From assembly GCF_000150275.1 (NCBI RefSeq), contig NW_002060951.1, forward strand, positions 2,180,297-2,244,296: a stretch of DNA of 64,000 nucleotides, written 5' to 3'. The notes under the pieces are model-generated. The model was not told where the DNA came from and searched no databases. It was given only the letters and a program-made list of their open reading frames with translations. The position numbers and the translations under genes were made by a program. Positions 39,673 to 52,785 of the stretch are shown piece after piece. Positions within the stretch are counted from its first letter, which is position 1, and each line of letters opens with the position of its first letter. Origin of the DNA: Trichoplax adhaerens (lineage: Eukaryota > Animalia > Placozoa).

Positions 39673-42600
39673 ATGGCCATAGATAATTTAGACTTTGAAG
39701 AAGTTTTCGTACTGAACCATGGCATATTGGTATAAAGTTTGCATATTTACTAAGTTTTAACCTAGAAATACGGTAGCCCTTTCTGTATATTGTAGTGCAC
39801 AGTGCTATTCATTCATAGTATTACTGTTATTGATTAATTTGTCATAGTCAATGAAGACTAAATATTTCTTCTATGTTTGATGTTTCTCTTCATACACAAA
39901 GAACCCAGGCAGATTGAAATTATCTGCGAAAGACATTCTCTTCAAGGCTTCCAAGACTGGCAAAGTCGATAAGATTATGGCCGGTCAATTGATGAATGCC
40001 AGTTGGTTTCGTGCCGCACGTGGTTACGAATTACGCTTGGCCTTAGCGTCAGGAGTCATTTACAAATTTGAAGGCTTCAAGGAAGCGGTAACAAGTGCTG
40101 TGCAAATTTTTTTATAAATTATTAACGAAAAATTGTTCATCAAGTGTTACAGTACTCTCCTGTGTAATTTTAATCTTTCTATATCGGATAAACACGGAAT
40201 ATGAAATATGGAAACTATTGTACGCAAAAAAATAGAAATTAAATGCTTCTCGGCTATGAATTAACCTTGCAGTACTAATATTAATACGCGTAAACGTTTC
40301 CTCTTGATTATGAAGTTACATTACTTTGAAAGTGGCAGAACGCATGATTGCAGTTATACATCTTGATTTATTTTAGATTCATCGACCTTTTACGTATCTA
40401 TCTTGGCAAGTCATATATTTCATTATGTTAAACTGCAAATGTTTTATCTTTATAACAGGATTACGATAAGCTTGCTGACTTATTCTCAGGCAATTATAAT
40501 ATACAATTGGAAGAAAAGGAACTTTCTGTAAAAGGTTTCAATTGGGGCAATCATAGCTTTGAAGGTACATATAAAAATCCTCACGTTCAAGTCTTGATGA
40601 TACGATGTTGTCGATTTTGATACTCGTACAGTAATACGTACATTACTGAAACTATTTTCAGTAATTGTGATCGTTTGTGGGATTTGCTATCTTATCAGCG
40701 CTACAAAGGCATGTCTTAATCACAGAATTAAAATAAAAGCGCATTGGTCTAGGTTACCTTCGACTTTTGCCGAACATAGTTTAAAACTTTAAACAGTATG
40801 ATCGATTTGATTATCATTATCAAAGAAATATACCTGTTATGATAGCTATTTCGGCAAACTACTCGATTGAAATCCTCCATTCACTGTATAGTTGTTAACA
40901 TCGAAGATACTGTAACTTTTTTGCTCTCATTTGATTAATTAGAAACTGATTTCATTCTGTTAGGCTCTTCACTGTCTTTAAACTCTGATTCCAGTATGAC
41001 GTACGAAATTCCTCTGAATGAAGTCTGCAGGTCGACTGTCGGTAAAAATGAAGTCACTTTAGAATTTCATCAACACGATGATGCACAGGTATCTCTAATG
41101 GAAATGAGATTCCATTTGCCTGCTACCAATAATGAGGATGAAGACTATGTCCAGACGTTTAACGAAAAGGTCTTAGCCAAAGCAACTATTATACAAGCAA
41201 CTGGTGATGCCATAGCAGAATTTACGGAAGTATCTTGTTTAACGCCTAGGTATTTTAGTACGATAAAACTGGTGTTCAATTCTCGGATAATCGTGTATAA
41301 TTTTTTTTAGTACAGTTACTACGAGATCAAAATATAATTAATGCTTTAACATGAATGGAAACTGTATGCTAAACTAATTATACTCAAAAATTTATATTAT
41401 GATACACTATAGGGGCAGATATAACATCAAATTGTTCCCTACTTTTATACAACTTCATGGCAAAACGTACGATTATAAAATAGCGCTAACATCCATTCTC
41501 AGAATGTTTTTACTTCCTCATCCCGACGAACGCCACTTTTTTTTCGTGGTAGGATACATCATGATAATTGTATTGATTAATAGCTGTAAAAAATCTACAG
41601 TATTTTCATCTTGCAGCGGTCAGACTTACTGTAATCGGTAAATTGATTTAAAATATAAATTAATCATAGAAATAACATAACGTATATGCACATCATTGTC
41701 CTTCTTAGTTTACCCTTGACCCACCGCTAAAGCAAGGCCAAACTAGATATCCATTTTTTATAATACAATTTATTAAAGAAGAGGAAATATCCTTTGATCT
41801 CAATCTTTCACAGTAAGAATTGAACTTTGGCTTATTCATCCATGCATTTATGATTACCTCACATTAGACAGACTGCAATATAAATGCATAACTTTTACTT
41901 TTGGATAACTATCAGGGAAGAGCTAAATCAAAAATACGCAAACAAAGTCAATAAAACAATGGAAGGGCCAATTTATGAGATTTTTAGTCGACTCTTGAAA
42001 GCTCTAACTGACAGAAAAATTACTTTACCTGGCGCTTTCATCGGGTAAAGCTACCAATGAAAATGAACCCTAAATTAATACTATATTAACTAATTATTGT
42101 TACTTCTTGTAAACAGGAGCACAAAATCATCTTCAGTTTCCTGTTCCCATAAAAATTCCTCAGGTTTTTTGTATCCATTGTCCCGTGGATTTATATACGT
42201 ACACAAGCCTCCAGTGCATATTCGACCTGATGAAATTGTCTGTGTAAATTTTGCACGCGTTTCTGGAGGTGGAACGATTAAGACCTTTGATTTTGAAGTT
42301 ATAACAAAGAACAGTGTTATTTACACATTCAGTAATATTGATAAGTACGTTCAGCTACGGAAGCCACTGTGATTGAGCTAATTCTTGTCAAGTGTTTAAG
42401 GGCTAATATTAATGTTTACTGTGAAACGAAATTGTAATTTCTTCATAGGAGCGACTATACGCCGCTTTATGATTATACGAAGAAGAATAACTTACCAATT
42501 AAGAATAAAGGACTGAAGGTTATTTAACGTTATCTTACATCAATAGCGTCATTAGCTATTGTTAATATTTTACTAAATCTTAATAGAGACAATCACACAA

Positions 42601-44029
42601 AGATGAACTATTAGATTCTGAAGATGAAGATGATCAAGATCATTACCTAGCTCGAGTAAAAGCTGAAGGGGAAGAAAAGACTACTATGGCGGAAGAAGGA
42701 GAAGAATCAGATTCCACAGATGATGGTCAGTCTTAAAAAGGCAGCTTATTACCATCGATTCATTCAGTATTCGTAAATTACGGACGTAACGAATTTATTA
42801 TTGTCTACTCGCAGAGGACGAGGATTTTAATCCAGACGAAAGTAGTGACAATAGTATAGCGGAGGAGTAAGTAATCTATATAAGAAGAACACCGCACAGA
42901 CTATGGTCAAGACCGTATAATTGGATTTAAGTTCAATTTACGATTATATTATCAGGTATGATACAGATGCTATTAACTCATCGGATAGCGACTATGAGGA
43001 AAATCAAGGGAAAAGAAAGAAAGCCATTCCAGTCCCAAGAGAATTTAGGGCCGGCAAAAAAGCGAAGGTAAAATATCGTGCTAAAGGTTATATTCACTTA
43101 TATACCTTTATTTCTTTGCTATTACTCACGAGTAAGTTAAGATTTTAATAAAACCTCAAATTTTGTTTAGAAGAAAAATGAAGTAAAACCAGCGAAAAAA
43201 GTCAAAAATGCTAGGGATCCAAACTTACCAAAAAGACCACTTTCCGGTTATATGCTTTGGCTCCAAAAGCAGAGAGATAGAATTAAGAACGAAAACCCTT
43301 CGTTTACTGTTGCAGAGGTTGCCAAAAAAGCAGGAGAGATATGGAAATCACTAAAGGAAGAAGAGAAGAAGGTTTGTCAAGTGTTCATATCATCTAATTT
43401 TAAATTATTCTCACCAACTGCGGTTATGGCATAGAAATGGAATAACGAATCAGCTAAACTCAAGGAACAGTATAACAAAGACATGGCAGAGTACAATGAA
43501 CAAAATCAAACTAAGGCTACTACTTCCAAAAGGTATTCACAGTCAAAATTTAATCCGAGCTATTATAGAACAGATCTTGAAAGATTTTTGTCTATTCTCT
43601 TTTTGAAATAGTAAAAAGGCAACGCCTAAGAAATCTTCGAAATCACCAAGTAATTCTAATTGCTAGATAGCTGATTTGTAATTATGAGACTGTCTTTCAA
43701 ATACATTATCTACTGATGCAGTATATACGACTATATAGCCCAAAATTACTAAATACTATAATATTAAAGTCTTCTTAAATTATGATGATCTACAGTGAAG
43801 TATAAAAGTGCAGAATACGTTGACACTGATACCTCAAGCGAGAGCTCTTCGGAAGAAGGTATTCCTTCAACTGATTCTGTAATTGTAATTTTCTTACTTC
43901 TAAAACTCGTGACATAAATTAGATTTTTGCTATTATTTAACTAATGCAGAATCTGAACAAGAAAGCAAGATAAAAAGCGCAGAATTTGTAGACACGTCTG
44001 AAGATACCAGCGATAGCTCGGATGAATAA
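39673..44029 (+). CDS. SSRP1: FACT complex subunit SSRP1, 694 aa
   Basis: 17 coding exons: 39673-39729, 39902-40087, 40459-40564, 40964-41249, 41413-41548, 41709-41812, 41916-42044, 42117-42344, 42449-42518, 42587-42725, 42815-42866, 42956-43067, 43171-43371, 43435-43532, 43612-43649, 43796-43858, 43950-44029. Motifs [53 protein letters not shown], acidic tract, HMG box ([16 protein letters not shown]). Confidence 0.97.
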
Positions 44030-47000
44030 TGTGATTATGTTCTTTTAAACCGATAAACATTTCAGCTTTTGCAATATTATGATCCTCGCTTATTACTTTT
44101 GTACAGATCTGAATTGTACATTCTTTATAGGTATCGTTCAGTTGTCAATATTAATATTAACGTACTGATTTGTATAACATTCTGTTGTAGCGTATAATGA
44201 TCATAACAGCCATTAAAATTCTATGTACAGTATCTTAAGCGGTGTAGGAAATTCGGTGGAAAAAAAGGTATCTTGTATCGGTTAACGCATCTGAATGGAT
44301 CGATGCATCATCGTGCTATATTTATAATTAGTGCATGCTACAAGTAGTACCCTTTACTGAAGTAATCCACCTTAAAAATCTTCCATTTGGAGTCGTATTT
44401 ACAGTTTGTTAATATTATTCCCTCAATGACAAATATCCATACATCTTCACATGACCGACACATTTGTCCTTGCAGTCAAACCCGACGTGATTTTATCGTC
44501 AAGTATAGTAGGTTTTAATCTTCCGTACTTTGAGTGAATGATGTACCTATATGCGCAGAAAATTACTGATGAACACGTTCTAACCTACTGAAGATGAATA
44601 GAAAGAAACAAAGAATACTTACAAGCATGAAGGTCACTTCATGATCCACCTTGCCATTTTCTTTCCGAAATCTTGCCATCTTATTCATCTCAGAATAATA
44701 TCTATGCGTAATTCCTAGGTATAATGCAGGCGTAATTGTAAAACTTTTCTAGGATTAACCTATATAGTGATGAGATATCTTCAGATCCTTAGAATAATAC
44801 ATTTGCAATACAATAAGCGAAGTGGTTACACCCCAAAAGTTACAGCTTTAATGTGTGTACCATTATAAATTGTATCCGTCTCGAAAAGTTGTCTTCATTT
44901 CTCTGATTAGGGAGCACATTAAGAGATTTTATCGTAAGGAGTACCATGAAATTATGCATATCAATTTTTAAGAAATATTATAAATTGTATCGATGCAATA
45001 TATTTTGTTAATTACATCAATTACATTGTAGTACTGCATATGTTAAAGACGTATAAGTCTATCAAGATACAGTAAAAGATAAATTAACTAATTGGATTGA
45101 AATTATTGTAGTAACTGTCAATTATCAGTAAGGTATTCGTAACTAATTTTTCGTGAATCTAAAGACGAGTACGTAGCACCAATAGGAATGTAGAAAGCAC
45201 AGGTATGTTTCGATATCAAACAAATATAAATCCTATAAGGCTAAGAACTTGATAATACCGACGGAATGGAAATATACATTCAAATTTTCAAGAAATGACA
45301 GCTATAGTTGTCTATTGTGCGTAAACAAGAAACATTTCTATCACGCGGACAAATGAGTACATCTTATTATACACAATTATCTACTAATATGTCTTTTGAG
45401 TTTCTAATGTATACTTACGAAATTATGTAAGCGCGTATAACTGATGATGACCATGACAAATTAATAAAAAGATATGATTAACGACTAAAATGCATCCTTG
45501 CTTGGAATCATCAGATTACTCTGTACTATCAAATGAAGGCATTCCATATGAGTTAAAAAATAAAAACGATTCAATAAGAGACATTTCTTTCAATTATTTT
45601 CTATGAAAATTCCTCTGCAAGACAAACACCAAACGATAACGTGATTCAATTTGTCTAAGACTATAATTACAATTAATAATATACTAAGGCAAATTTAGCA
45701 ATAACCTTAAATAATTGTAAATTTAAACATAACTCCTTCCGTTTCTGATAACTGTGGAAATTATAAATTAGGTTGAAAAGATTGGAAAATTAGTATAAAG
45801 AAATTTACGATTTAATCACTATCAAATCTGTTTTATTCCTAACAGCAATTTTAAACGAGAATTATACTGCATGTTTGCTGACGGACTAATATTTTAGATC
45901 TTTCAAGAAGCTCTATTATTGCCTGCTATGTTGCTAAAAAGCGTTTAACTTAATTATCTAAAAGCAAAAAATGATGCTGCAAGTCCTTAACTTTACTAAT
46001 CCAGATATTTCTGCAGATGTAAAATTCAACTAAATGAATGTGCATACGCATACCAAATATGAAGGCTATTGTTACACAAATTTTTAGGCCTAAATTGCAA
46101 GTTTTTAAAGACATTTAATATTATTATTTATAGAAAATTCCTTCTTATTATAGCATCCATAATATTGAATAAAATTACACTGAATGAGATAATGATTAAG
46201 AACGCCCATAAACCTCATTTATTTCATGATCTCATCATATAGTAAAAGTTATAAGGTGTAATACGATTGCTCAGATATAAGAGTGAAGCTGAAAAATAAC
46301 TTCCCTAGTAAAATTATCGCTTCAAATTTATTCAATAAAGCAAATCATGGTTCTGTTATTAAATTTTTTAAATAACTTAATAATTTAGCCATTAATTCTA
46401 TTAATGATCTCCGAAGTCTCTTATATTTCTATCAAAATCTTGAACTTTTCACAGTTAATATATGATAAATTAAGCTGAATATCATTGATGAAATAATATC
46501 TATAACCAATATTCAACGATTATCTAGATATCTAATAATACCAGAGGAATATACGTATACTTGTATCTCTTTAACATCAACTAATCTAAACTTAAACATT
46601 GTATCATATTAGCATTTAACTTGGAAAAAATTTAAACGATGTTTTTATTTTCTAAATCTTATAAGCAAACCTTGTAACGAACAGAAAAATATTGTAAAGT
46701 ATATAATTGAGGGAAGAATTGTAACCTTTCAATTACCTACAATGAGCAAATTACAGTCTCATTAACTTATCTTCGTTAATAAGGTATCTTCAAATTAAGA
46801 AAAACCAATCCTTAGAGTATTAAATAAAATCTTTATTGCAAAGTACCTCTAACAAGTACTATTCTTATAGGGCATAAGGTTACTCACATGGAATTTTGAA
46901 TTCATTGCTATATAATCGCAATAGTTATGATCTGACTCAAAAGAAATGAAAGTTTTTGTTATCTCTAATTTGAAATAAATTATTCTATTTACCTAATAAC

Positions 47001-50000
47001 GGATACGAGAATATCGGATACTTGGTACCGAATAGCATAATTTGTATATTTAATGTTGATAATGTTAAAGAAGAAACTTTTCGTCATACTATATTCTAAT
47101 TGAGAAAATCAACATCAAATTCTGTTTGATGATTGCAGCTGCGTATAATTTGAAAGAAACAAAACTTTTAATTGTTAGTTACCGGACTATTGGTCTCAGA
47201 TAAATTAATCATCAGCATATTCTTAGATAAGTAATCGTAAGGAAACCATATTATGACAGATATACAACAAAAGTTACTCCATAGCATTAATTTAATCCTA
47301 GGTAAAGTCAAGATATTAGATAATAGCCTATATCACAAGAATGGGTAATTGATACCGCCTAGAACTTGAAAAACCTTCTGATATATGCTCATTTAAACGT
47401 AAGCGTCAGGCTATGGCTAGGGGCGCTACACTAGTATGACATAGATGTACAAACACGTTCAATTAAAATAGTTGAAATCGGCATATGAGAAGTGCGGTAA
47501 TACCTATATGTAATAAAAATATAGACAGGAGCACCTACATTTATGTCGTATCTAAATTTATAAGCTACATCTTAAGAAATCAATGTCACACTGTAGCAAG
47601 CTTTAGCAACTTAAGTTTTTACATGAAGATAATTTAGGCTACTCACAGAACACCCATGAATTACTGTATTTCATTCTTATTATCGTGTAACACTGCGTCA
47701 TTACTCCGTTTAAATTTATTCTTCATCACGACATAACTTATTCTATTTACTAACAGAATTATTCCGCGGTGTCTTGTTTAAAAATTATAAGATTTGGGAA
47801 AGCTATATTTAAAAATTTATGCTACAGCTAGTAAGTATGAATATTCCATCAATTATATGATGATGGAGGTAACTCCCATTTTAAAAGTTCAGTTATCGCT
47901 TATAACTGGATCTTGTGTTTATAATTCGTTCAGCAATTAATCACTTCACTAAATAAATGGATTTTTCTTTATCTGATATACATAAGCTGGAAACAATTTT
48001 GAGCCACGAACTCATGTGTCATTCATCAAAGCTAACATTAAATCATTATTCATTCTATTTATTTTGTAAGTATGAAATTATCGAACCTACGTCTTGATCT
48101 ACTGTTTTTGTTAAATTTCCAAATAAGAACAATATTTAATCTGCGAAAGTAATAGTTTTACATAGCTATTTCGATGAAGTTGTCATCTAATCTGGTGCAT
48201 ACCATGGCGACAATCGAAAAATTACAGCTGCATGATTCATGATGTCAGAAGGCAGACGGTAGACGATACTGTTAGAGAAGAATAAATACCGGGTACGCTA
48301 CGCTACTATGTGGTAATAGTGTCCACATCAAAGATCATATTCCCATGTTTTTTGACCATATCAATCGAACTCATTTGCTGTATATGACATATATATAGTC
48401 CTTTACTACTTTCTCATGACAGTTGATATAAGGATTCCTTTAATTGTATATATTAATTAATAGAGGTCGCAATCGATTTGTCTCAGTTTAATTTTTTCAA
48501 TTACAATCATTTATTGTTTATCACTGTAGTCGTGAAAAAGTAAATACTGAAATATTAAGCATGTGAAATATTTAAAGATTGGGGATTTGGATAATTATTA
48601 AGGGTAAATTTTTCATTCGAATGCACAATCAATCATAGAATAGATCACGTAAGTAGCATTTTTTCAATTTGACTAGTACAGTCGTTTGGCTATACTATCA
48701 TATAAATGTGAATATAAGTTTATAGAGTGAATAAAAATTACTGACATGTGTACAGTTTGACCTAGTTGTAATTTTTACAACTCGTTTGACGACAATTTTA
48801 ATTAATGGACCTTATTAGAGAATACATGAAAACTCATCCCTATTTTGTTTTGTTACGCGCGTAGAATATCGGAGGCGGTGCTTAGTGGCATTTCCTCCTC
48901 CTATTTGACTCATAGAATTACCAAAGGGCTTTCAGATACTTATCGTATATGGCGTAAACGTATACTACTATTTATGCTACGGTATATACTATTCGTCATG
49001 ATAACAATTCATTTCAAGGATCAAGGACTCAAAACATCATGAGTTTGAGAGTATTAAGACCAATGTCAATTGATGTTCTTGGAATATAAATGATAAAGTT
49101 TGACTCTTTTCCAACTGTCGTTACAATTTTTATTTCATCTAGTTTACCAACATAGTCCACTACACGATACAATTCAGTGGATAAAATTCTATTACATTTA
49201 TTCTTCCTGTCATCCCTTGTATTTATATGAACTGTCATATGGAAGTATGATCTTCTTTTAGACATTATAAGTTTGATAAAATAAACGGCAAAGGGCGAAT
49301 AATGTAATCGTGAGGATGATAATAATAGGACAATAGAATTGTTAATTAATTAAAAGAAAGCGACAAAAGATCAGCTCGATCAAGCATCAAAATTATGGGT
49401 AAAGATCAAAGCTAAATGAAATAATAGCAATTAACCTGGTTAATAAAATATCTTTATCAATAACAATAATATGTAATATGTGATAGTGATGGTTCATTGT
49501 TTCCCTTGAATAATTATTTTTCTATGCTATTGACTTTGTTAGCTTGTCCAATTCCGTGTCGTATTATCATCAGTCTACCCCACCTATCGACAGCTTGGAT
49601 AGATAACGACCATCTGGTCCTGAATTGGATGTGATCTCAGCACAAATCATGATCTAATTTACATTATTAAAATAGGATTCATAAAGTTAACACCGCAACA
49701 GTCGATTGAAAGTTAACCATTGACTATATTCTGTAGCCATATTTAATATTTTACCACAAAGAATTCAAGCTTCTTCGCTATACTTAACGACATAAAATTA
49801 GACTGGACTACTTATCTTGCCGATGAAGTCATGACTGTGCTTCGTCACATTCCTATGCCATCGCTGTTGATAAAATCATGAAAGTAAGAAGATAAAGAAA
49901 CGACAATATCGTGTTCCCAAAGCAGGTAACTCACTGTTTTATAAACAGATTATTTTTATTTAAACATCGTTACTAGGATATAGCTTTACAATATGGAGAG

Positions 50001-52785
50001 AAAAATGAAGAATAGTATTGATCATGTCACGCGTTAAAGGACAATTTAGCATTCTTTTTCTTGGAATCTAAATAGTACTGCCACTTAAAATTTACATAAG
50101 TTAGTTTATCGTTATCTTCATAAAGAAATTGAACGCAACGGTAACCGTTTAATATCAACCGTATACCGCGTATTTCATCGTAACTAAATTGAATTGGAAC
50201 AAAATGTACATCTAATAATTGAAAAATATCGACAAACGACTTTATTCCACGTGTAGTAACTCAAAAATCTTCATATTTAATGAGAGTAAGAAACGTGTCT
50301 AGTGAACGAGTCAACAACTAAAATTTATGTTTTATTTGTAAGGTTTTATCACCAGCAGTCACCATTAAGCTTTTTTCGTCGCTCCTTCTGTTTATGCATT
50401 GGCAAATTCAGTTAAAGTTTTCTGTTTAACTTCAGTAAAGTAAAACTTAGCCAAACATCAGTTACTCTAATTATGCTTTTAAATCATTGTTGCTATCTAG
50501 TAGTATCGATTTCATGCCTTCTGACCAAAGCTCTTCCAATTCCTTCAAATTCCGTGTATTATTACCAAAGTTATTATAGCATCTCAGCATTTTATTTTTC
50601 ATTAGTTTATTAATGATTTAGTTTCTATTTCCAGTTGTTAATCAGTCACGGTGCAATATTAATTAACGATAGTGGACGTTTCATTCCATTTTTAGCCTAA
50701 ATCCGACCGGTGCAACAATCTAATCGTTTAAAGTATCTTTGACTTAGAGACTGACATACTACTGCAGTGAATGATAATGTTCTGTGACGTTTAATCATTT
50801 ACACCGTTGATTGAGCGCAATTTACCCTGGTAATTAAACTCTTTAAAATATTCAATTCATTGATCAAAGTGCATTATACGATGTAGATTTGACTCGTTAA
50901 AACGTATAACCAGAGTAATTATTACAACTTTAAATAACAATTATGTTATTACATCAGACGAATCAATCATATACTTGAGCGTTTAACAGTATCCCTGCTA
51001 GAACACACATTGCTGGCTCCCATTTTATTAGTTCGATTTATTTATCAGCATGATTGAGTTTAACTAGTAATAGCAATACATGCCCATTATTACTTTTTAT
51101 GCTATGCGAGCTAAAAAATATCACACTATTGTACCATTTTAAGGCTGAATTTTAAAATTCAATTACATGTTAGATCCATAGTATTTTTACGGCCAGTCAT
51201 CGCCTCATGAGTTATGACAGAACAGAAGCTTGCTATATTTTCCTAATTTCTTTCAGAACGCACAGTAAACACATTACTACGTCAATTTCTTTCACTACCA
51301 TTGACAAAGGCATATAGTTCGTATGAATTGACCTTTTAGACCTTCAGTAAGGTAACTTCTAGTGGTCTATTTATATAGGCTTGAAACTCTCACTTAAATC
51401 TTCTGTAAGTGGAGAACCGTTGCTAAGCATATCTTACACAATTTGATAGCTAAACATGTATGTATGTATACGTATTTTACTTTTCACTTTTATATAATAA
51501 TACTCCAGTCATCTGTAAGAAATAGTCACGACCAATTTGCCTTTCAAATTGGCTTACTTTCCTATATCGCAAAATTAAGACCCTTGATTGTGAACACATA
51601 TTACATGTCTTTACAACCGTGATGATGTGCATATATTTTCTTGTTTGCACACCGTAGGTATTATAATATATTAATCTTCAATATTTCTTGTATATGACCG
51701 GAATAAATTCATTATATCAAATCTGGTTCTCTAATCATAACCGTGTTTGCGCCATTATCGCCCTATCTATTAATTACGTGATCGAGCCTCATAATTAAAC
51801 TTTACAAAATTCATAGCTAGCTGATATATTACTTAATTTTGCTAATATATCAGGTAATTACTGCAGGTATTATTTCGTACTTTATTCTTATTCTCTTAGC
51901 ATGTTGTAATTGAACATTTTATTAGTCTAAACTGTGTACTTGGATAAGTTTGAATTGTCTCATGTTAAATTCAAATTTTTTACATTGTATCTTGAGATAA
52001 TTCCTTCCAGCTATTGTAAAGTGTCTAGCCTTTATAGTAAAGCTGCAACGAAAGTTGTAATGTCATAGCAACTTTCATATTAAAAACTTCAACAGCAATA
52101 ATTCACTACGTTTAACGTAAATACTAACCCTATTTCGCTCTGCTGTATATTAGTAATAGCAATTATAACAGTCACTAAATCTGTAATACTGTATATCAGG
52201 ATTCTGTAGCAAAGAACTATATACCTACAATTACGACGATCTTATAGTTTTCTTCCACATATTTTAAAAAATATAATAGGATAATTTAGCGTTAACAACC
52301 AAGGTATAAAAGTGGTAATTGTATGCCTAAGTCCTTGAAGATTGAATATTAGCAACATTTAAGGCTTCTAGCAAGGGCTAATGGTTGAGAGATTTTAGCA
52401 TCATAATTGGTTTAATGAAATCGTGGTAAAATAATTGTAGGTACTGACGGAAACATTTCATTTTCGTTAAGGTACATATGCCGTAGAGCCGATATCAATA
52501 TTTCAATACCCGTAATCACATATCTGAAAAACTATGGCACGTCCAATATAATCATATTTTATACCAATGCAAGCTGTGACTATCCTAACATTCCTTATAT
52601 CATCACTGAGTAATTGATGGGTCACATTTTCATTTCTATTGGTATATTGCTTACAATATCTCATATTTTTCTCACTACTGGAACTAACTTTGACTCACTC
52701 AGTATCATTATCCAGAACGTCCTTGAAATTAAAAATCAACTTACTTGCAGTATAGCATATAAAACTCTATAGTCTTTCAAAAGAA

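Noticed and set aside
40594-40649. C/D box snoRNA in SSRP1 intron 3 (TGATGA...CTGA)
   Set aside because: Short, weak terminal stem, no recognisable rRNA guide.
49029-49265. 78-aa minus-strand ORF and nearby broken ORFs (48.2 kb, 50.4-50.6 kb)
   Set aside because: No recognisable family or splice structure linking them.
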